Shown here: piece by piece, positions 29,618 to 32,000 of the stretch | Numbering within the stretch: position 1 is the first letter of the stretch | How the letters are laid out: each line of letters opens with the position of its first letter | NCBI RefSeq assembly: GCF_014280175.1 | Contig: NZ_CP047931.1 | Span: forward strand, 2,130,001-2,162,000 | Reading direction: 5' to 3' | DNA length: 32,000 nucleotides | From: Synechococcus sp. A15-28 | Lineage (GTDB): Bacteria > Cyanobacteriota > Cyanobacteriia > PCC-6307 > Cyanobiaceae | Program-made: the position numbers and the translations under genes | Notes under the pieces: generated by a model | What the model was told of the DNA's origin: nothing | What the model saw: the letters and a program-made list of their open reading frames with translations, nothing else | Database searches by the model: none

Positions 29618-31303
29618 TTGGTTGCCGTGCTGCTCCTGGCCCAGCTTGTTGCTCCCCCACTTCAGCCGGGGCCTGTTCGCCTACCGAACACGGCTCCTCA
29701 GCAGCGGCCCAAGGACGATGGGGCAGTGTTCAAGGTTCCGCCGGGATCTTCCGCCGATCCCAAAAATACTGAAAGCAATCAGGATGCTGACGCCGCAGAC
29801 CCATCAACAAGCGACTGGAGGCCGGAGATTATCGGAGAGACGCCGTACTCCAACGAACAGATTCAACAGATCCTCAGCGGCTGTGGCAAAGCCAGCATTA
29901 ACGCGACGTTGAACGCCTGCGCAGCACAGCTCACAGCTCGGCTCATCCAGGACGGTTACGTCAACAGCCGCGTCTACAGCCTCAAAACTCCGGCCCCAGG
30001 TGCTCTGGAAGTGGTTCTGGGCACGATTGCTGAACTGCGGATCAACAGTGAAGACGAAGCTTTACAGCGGCAGATCCAGGAGCAACTGACCCCTCTGATT
30101 GGCAGTGTGCTTCACATCCCCACGCTGGAAAAGGAACTTGCTCGCGCCCGCCGACGAGGAGCTGGAACGATCAAGGGAGGGATGGGACGCCTGGGCAGCG
30201 ACCCCACCAAAGCGATGGTGAATCTCACGATTACACCTGCCGAACCGGAACCACTCAACGGAGACATTGCCCTCGGAAACAATGGCAATGTCGGAAGCGG
30301 TGAATGGCGTGGTGTCGCCACGCTTCTCCAGAAAGGTCTGATCGAACGAGGGGACACAGCCCTGCTGTTTCTGGAGTTGAACAGCGATGGTGATCTGGAG
30401 TTAGGTAGCAAGGTTGCCTCTCTCACCTACACCTACCCTCTCGGGGACAACTGGTCGGTCACAGGGTCCTTCGGCGTCAGCTTCCGCCGCTTTGTGGAAT
30501 TTCAGAAGCCGGCTTACAACTTCAGTTTCCGCACACTGCAAGGGCTGCTGCAATTGGAGACAACTCTGCAGGAGTCTGAAAATTTCACATGGACCGCTGC
30601 AGCAGCATTCAGCACCAATCGCAGTGACAGCTTCAAATCAGGGCGCAGTTTCCCGCTTGTCAGCGGCGGTGGAAACGATGGCTGGTCTCACAGTGGTTTT
30701 CTCAAACTCAGCACCAACGTTGGTGGATTCACCGGACCGCTGTTCTGGAACACCAATGCTTATTTCAGCCAGGGCATTGCCGGAGTGACCCTTGATGAAC
30801 ACCTCCACAACTTGGATGTTGCAGGAATTGAACCAGGCGAGGCTCGTGCTGTCGGAGCGCTGACTGACATCGGTTTAAGCCTGTCTCCAACGACCACCGT
30901 CAACATCAGATTGGCTGGTCAGCTTGCCTTCAATCGCCTGCCAGGAAGCATGAGCTTCGGTCTCGGCAGTGCTGTAGGCCTACGGGGACTTCCAGGAAGT
31001 CTGATCGGAGGAGATAGTGGATATCTGGCGACTGGGGAAGTTGTTTGGACCCCGTGGCAGAAGGATGAACAAAGGATTTCTCTCATTCCCTACCTGGGTA
31101 TCGGTGGTGTTCACACCGCTACGAGTGTTGCAACTCTGGAAGACAGCATCGGGGTGACCGGGCTGATCGGCCGCTATCAAAACGGCCGATGGGAAGCGGA
31201 ACTCGGCTGGGTCGACACGTTTAAGTCAAACGACAACCCGGGGCTGTGGAACGACTGGATCCTCGGCCACGGGCTGCACACCATGCTCCGTTACAGCTTC
31301 TGA
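29618..31303 (+). CDS. ShlB/FhaC/HecB-family (TpsB, Omp85 superfamily) outer-membrane secretion/activation protein
   Basis: POTRA-like region (CAAQLTARLIQDGYVNSRVYSLKTPAPGALEVVLGTIAELRIN), beta-barrel strand pattern, VGLRGLPGSLIGGDSGYLATGEVVW, C-terminal ...MLRYSF ending in Phe. The start codon is uncertain (TTG 29618 in the track). Confidence 0.92.
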   Translation: MVAVLLLAQLVAPPLQPGPVRLPNTAPQQRPKDDGAVFKVPPGSSADPKNTESNQDADAADPSTSDWRPEIIGETPYSNEQIQQILSGCGKASINATLNACAAQLTARLIQDGYVNSRVYSLKTPAPGALEVVLGTIAELRINSEDEALQRQIQEQLTPLIGSVLHIPTLEKELARARRRGAGTIKGGMGRLGSDPTKAMVNLTITPAEPEPLNGDIALGNNGNVGSGEWRGVATLLQKGLIERGDTALLFLELNSDGDLELGSKVASLTYTYPLGDNWSVTGSFGVSFRRFVEFQKPAYNFSFRTLQGLLQLETTLQESENFTWTAAAAFSTNRSDSFKSGRSFPLVSGGGNDGWSHSGFLKLSTNVGGFTGPLFWNTNAYFSQGIAGVTLDEHLHNLDVAGIEPGEARAVGALTDIGLSLSPTTTVNIRLAGQLAFNRLPGSMSFGLGSAVGLRGLPGSLIGGDSGYLATGEVVWTPWQKDEQRISLIPYLGIGGVHTATSVATLEDSIGVTGLIGRYQNGRWEAELGWVDTFKSNDNPGLWNDWILGHGLHTMLRYSF

Positions 31304-31304
31304 A

Positions 31305-31763
31305 TCAACCCTCGACGCGCCAGCTCTGGTCAGACGGTGTCCAGTCATTGAGTTCGGTCGCACCAAACCAGAGACCAATTTCAAATTCAGCTGTTTCCGG
31401 CGCATCCGATCCATGGATCACATTACGGCCGATGTTGACCGCCAAATCGCCGCGGATGGTGCCGGGCTCAGCTTCAAGAGGCTTGGTGGCCCCGATCAGC
31501 TTGCGGGCACTGGCGATTACCCCATCGCCTTCCCAAACCATCGCCACCACCGGGCCGGAGGTGATGAAGTCAACCAAGCCAGCGAAGAAGGGGCGCTCCT
31601 TGTGGACGCCGTAATGCTGCTCAGCCAGCTCGCGGCTGGGGGTGAGCTGCTTCAGACCAACAAGCTTGAAACCCTTGCGCTCGAAGCGGCCGAGAATTTC
31701 ACCCACCAGCCCGCGCTGGACGCCGTCGGGCTTAATGGCGATGAAGGTACGTTCGGCGGCCAT
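31305..31763 (-). CDS. ndk: nucleoside diphosphate kinase
   Basis: [67 protein letters not shown] at 31763 is the standard start, not 31820. Confidence 0.97.
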   Translation of the reverse strand: MAAERTFIAIKPDGVQRGLVGEILGRFERKGFKLVGLKQLTPSRELAEQHYGVHKERPFFAGLVDFITSGPVVAMVWEGDGVIASARKLIGATKPLEAEPGTIRGDLAVNIGRNVIHGSDAPETAEFEIGLWFGATELNDWTPSDQSWRVEG

Positions 31764-31867
31764 AAAAAAAGTCCGTGTGTCGCGCCATCGTCCGTGGCCA
31801 CCCTGCCGCTTGGCAAGCACACCATTCCGAACAGTCTCTATCTTTTAGAGATTCTTACCCGCACGCC

Positions 31868-32000
31868 ATGGTCTTGACGGCGGCTGAACGGCCCTGGTCT
31901 GTGGCCCAGAGCGCGGCGTTGTACGGCCTGGAGCGCTGGGGCGATCCCTACTTCTCGATCAACGCCAAAGGACATGTCGTGGTGCAACCACGGGGGGATC
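31868..32000 (+). CDS. speA: biosynthetic arginine decarboxylase, N-terminal fragment (runs off window)
   Basis: ATG at 31868: MVLTAAERPWSVAQSAALYGLERWGDPYFSINAKGHVVVQPRGD, matching the SpeA N-terminal W-V-x-x-S-x-x-LYGxxxWGxPYFSIN pattern. Confidence 0.85.
   Translation, partial: MVLTAAERPWSVAQSAALYGLERWGDPYFSINAKGHVVVQPRGD

Noticed and set aside
22078-31307. Transposon or prophage origin of the TPS/CHAT island
   Set aside because: No transposase, integrase, terminal inverted repeats, target-site duplications or tRNA edge could be identified at either boundary.

Overview
This looks like a 32 kb chromosomal window from a marine Synechococcus/Cyanobium-type cyanobacterium; the assignment is inferred from gene families and synteny. 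Most of it is compact, GC-rich housekeeping sequence: murG, a class-II-like aminotransferase, pyrD, rnhA, the rplL-rplJ-rplA-rplK-nusG-secE cluster, a divergent clpB, a glyoxalase, eno, an ABC1/AarF kinase, argJ, coaE, a 2OG-Fe(II) hydroxylase, gatB, thiO, ndk and the start of speA. Between the convergent genes thiO and ndk lies a visibly more AT-rich ~9.2 kb module (about 22078-31303). It contains a 449-aa membrane-anchored or secreted CHAT (caspase-like) peptidase candidate without TPRs, a ~2000-aa TPS exoprotein built from autotransporter-type (PATR) repeats plus an apparent jelly-roll/reelin-like insert, and a divergently oriented ShlB/FhaC-type (TpsB) outer-membrane transporter. The exoprotein and CHAT genes overlap as TAGTG with an embedded Shine-Dalgarno. 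This TpsB / TpsA / CHAT set is the best candidate for an undescribed system. Other noteworthy signals are an elaborate, start-codon-sequestering leader in front of rplJ, and an exact complement of the Yfr1 sRNA core motif in front of a strong terminator downstream of the gene ending at 5784. No tRNA, rRNA, CRISPR array or transposase was identified by eye.
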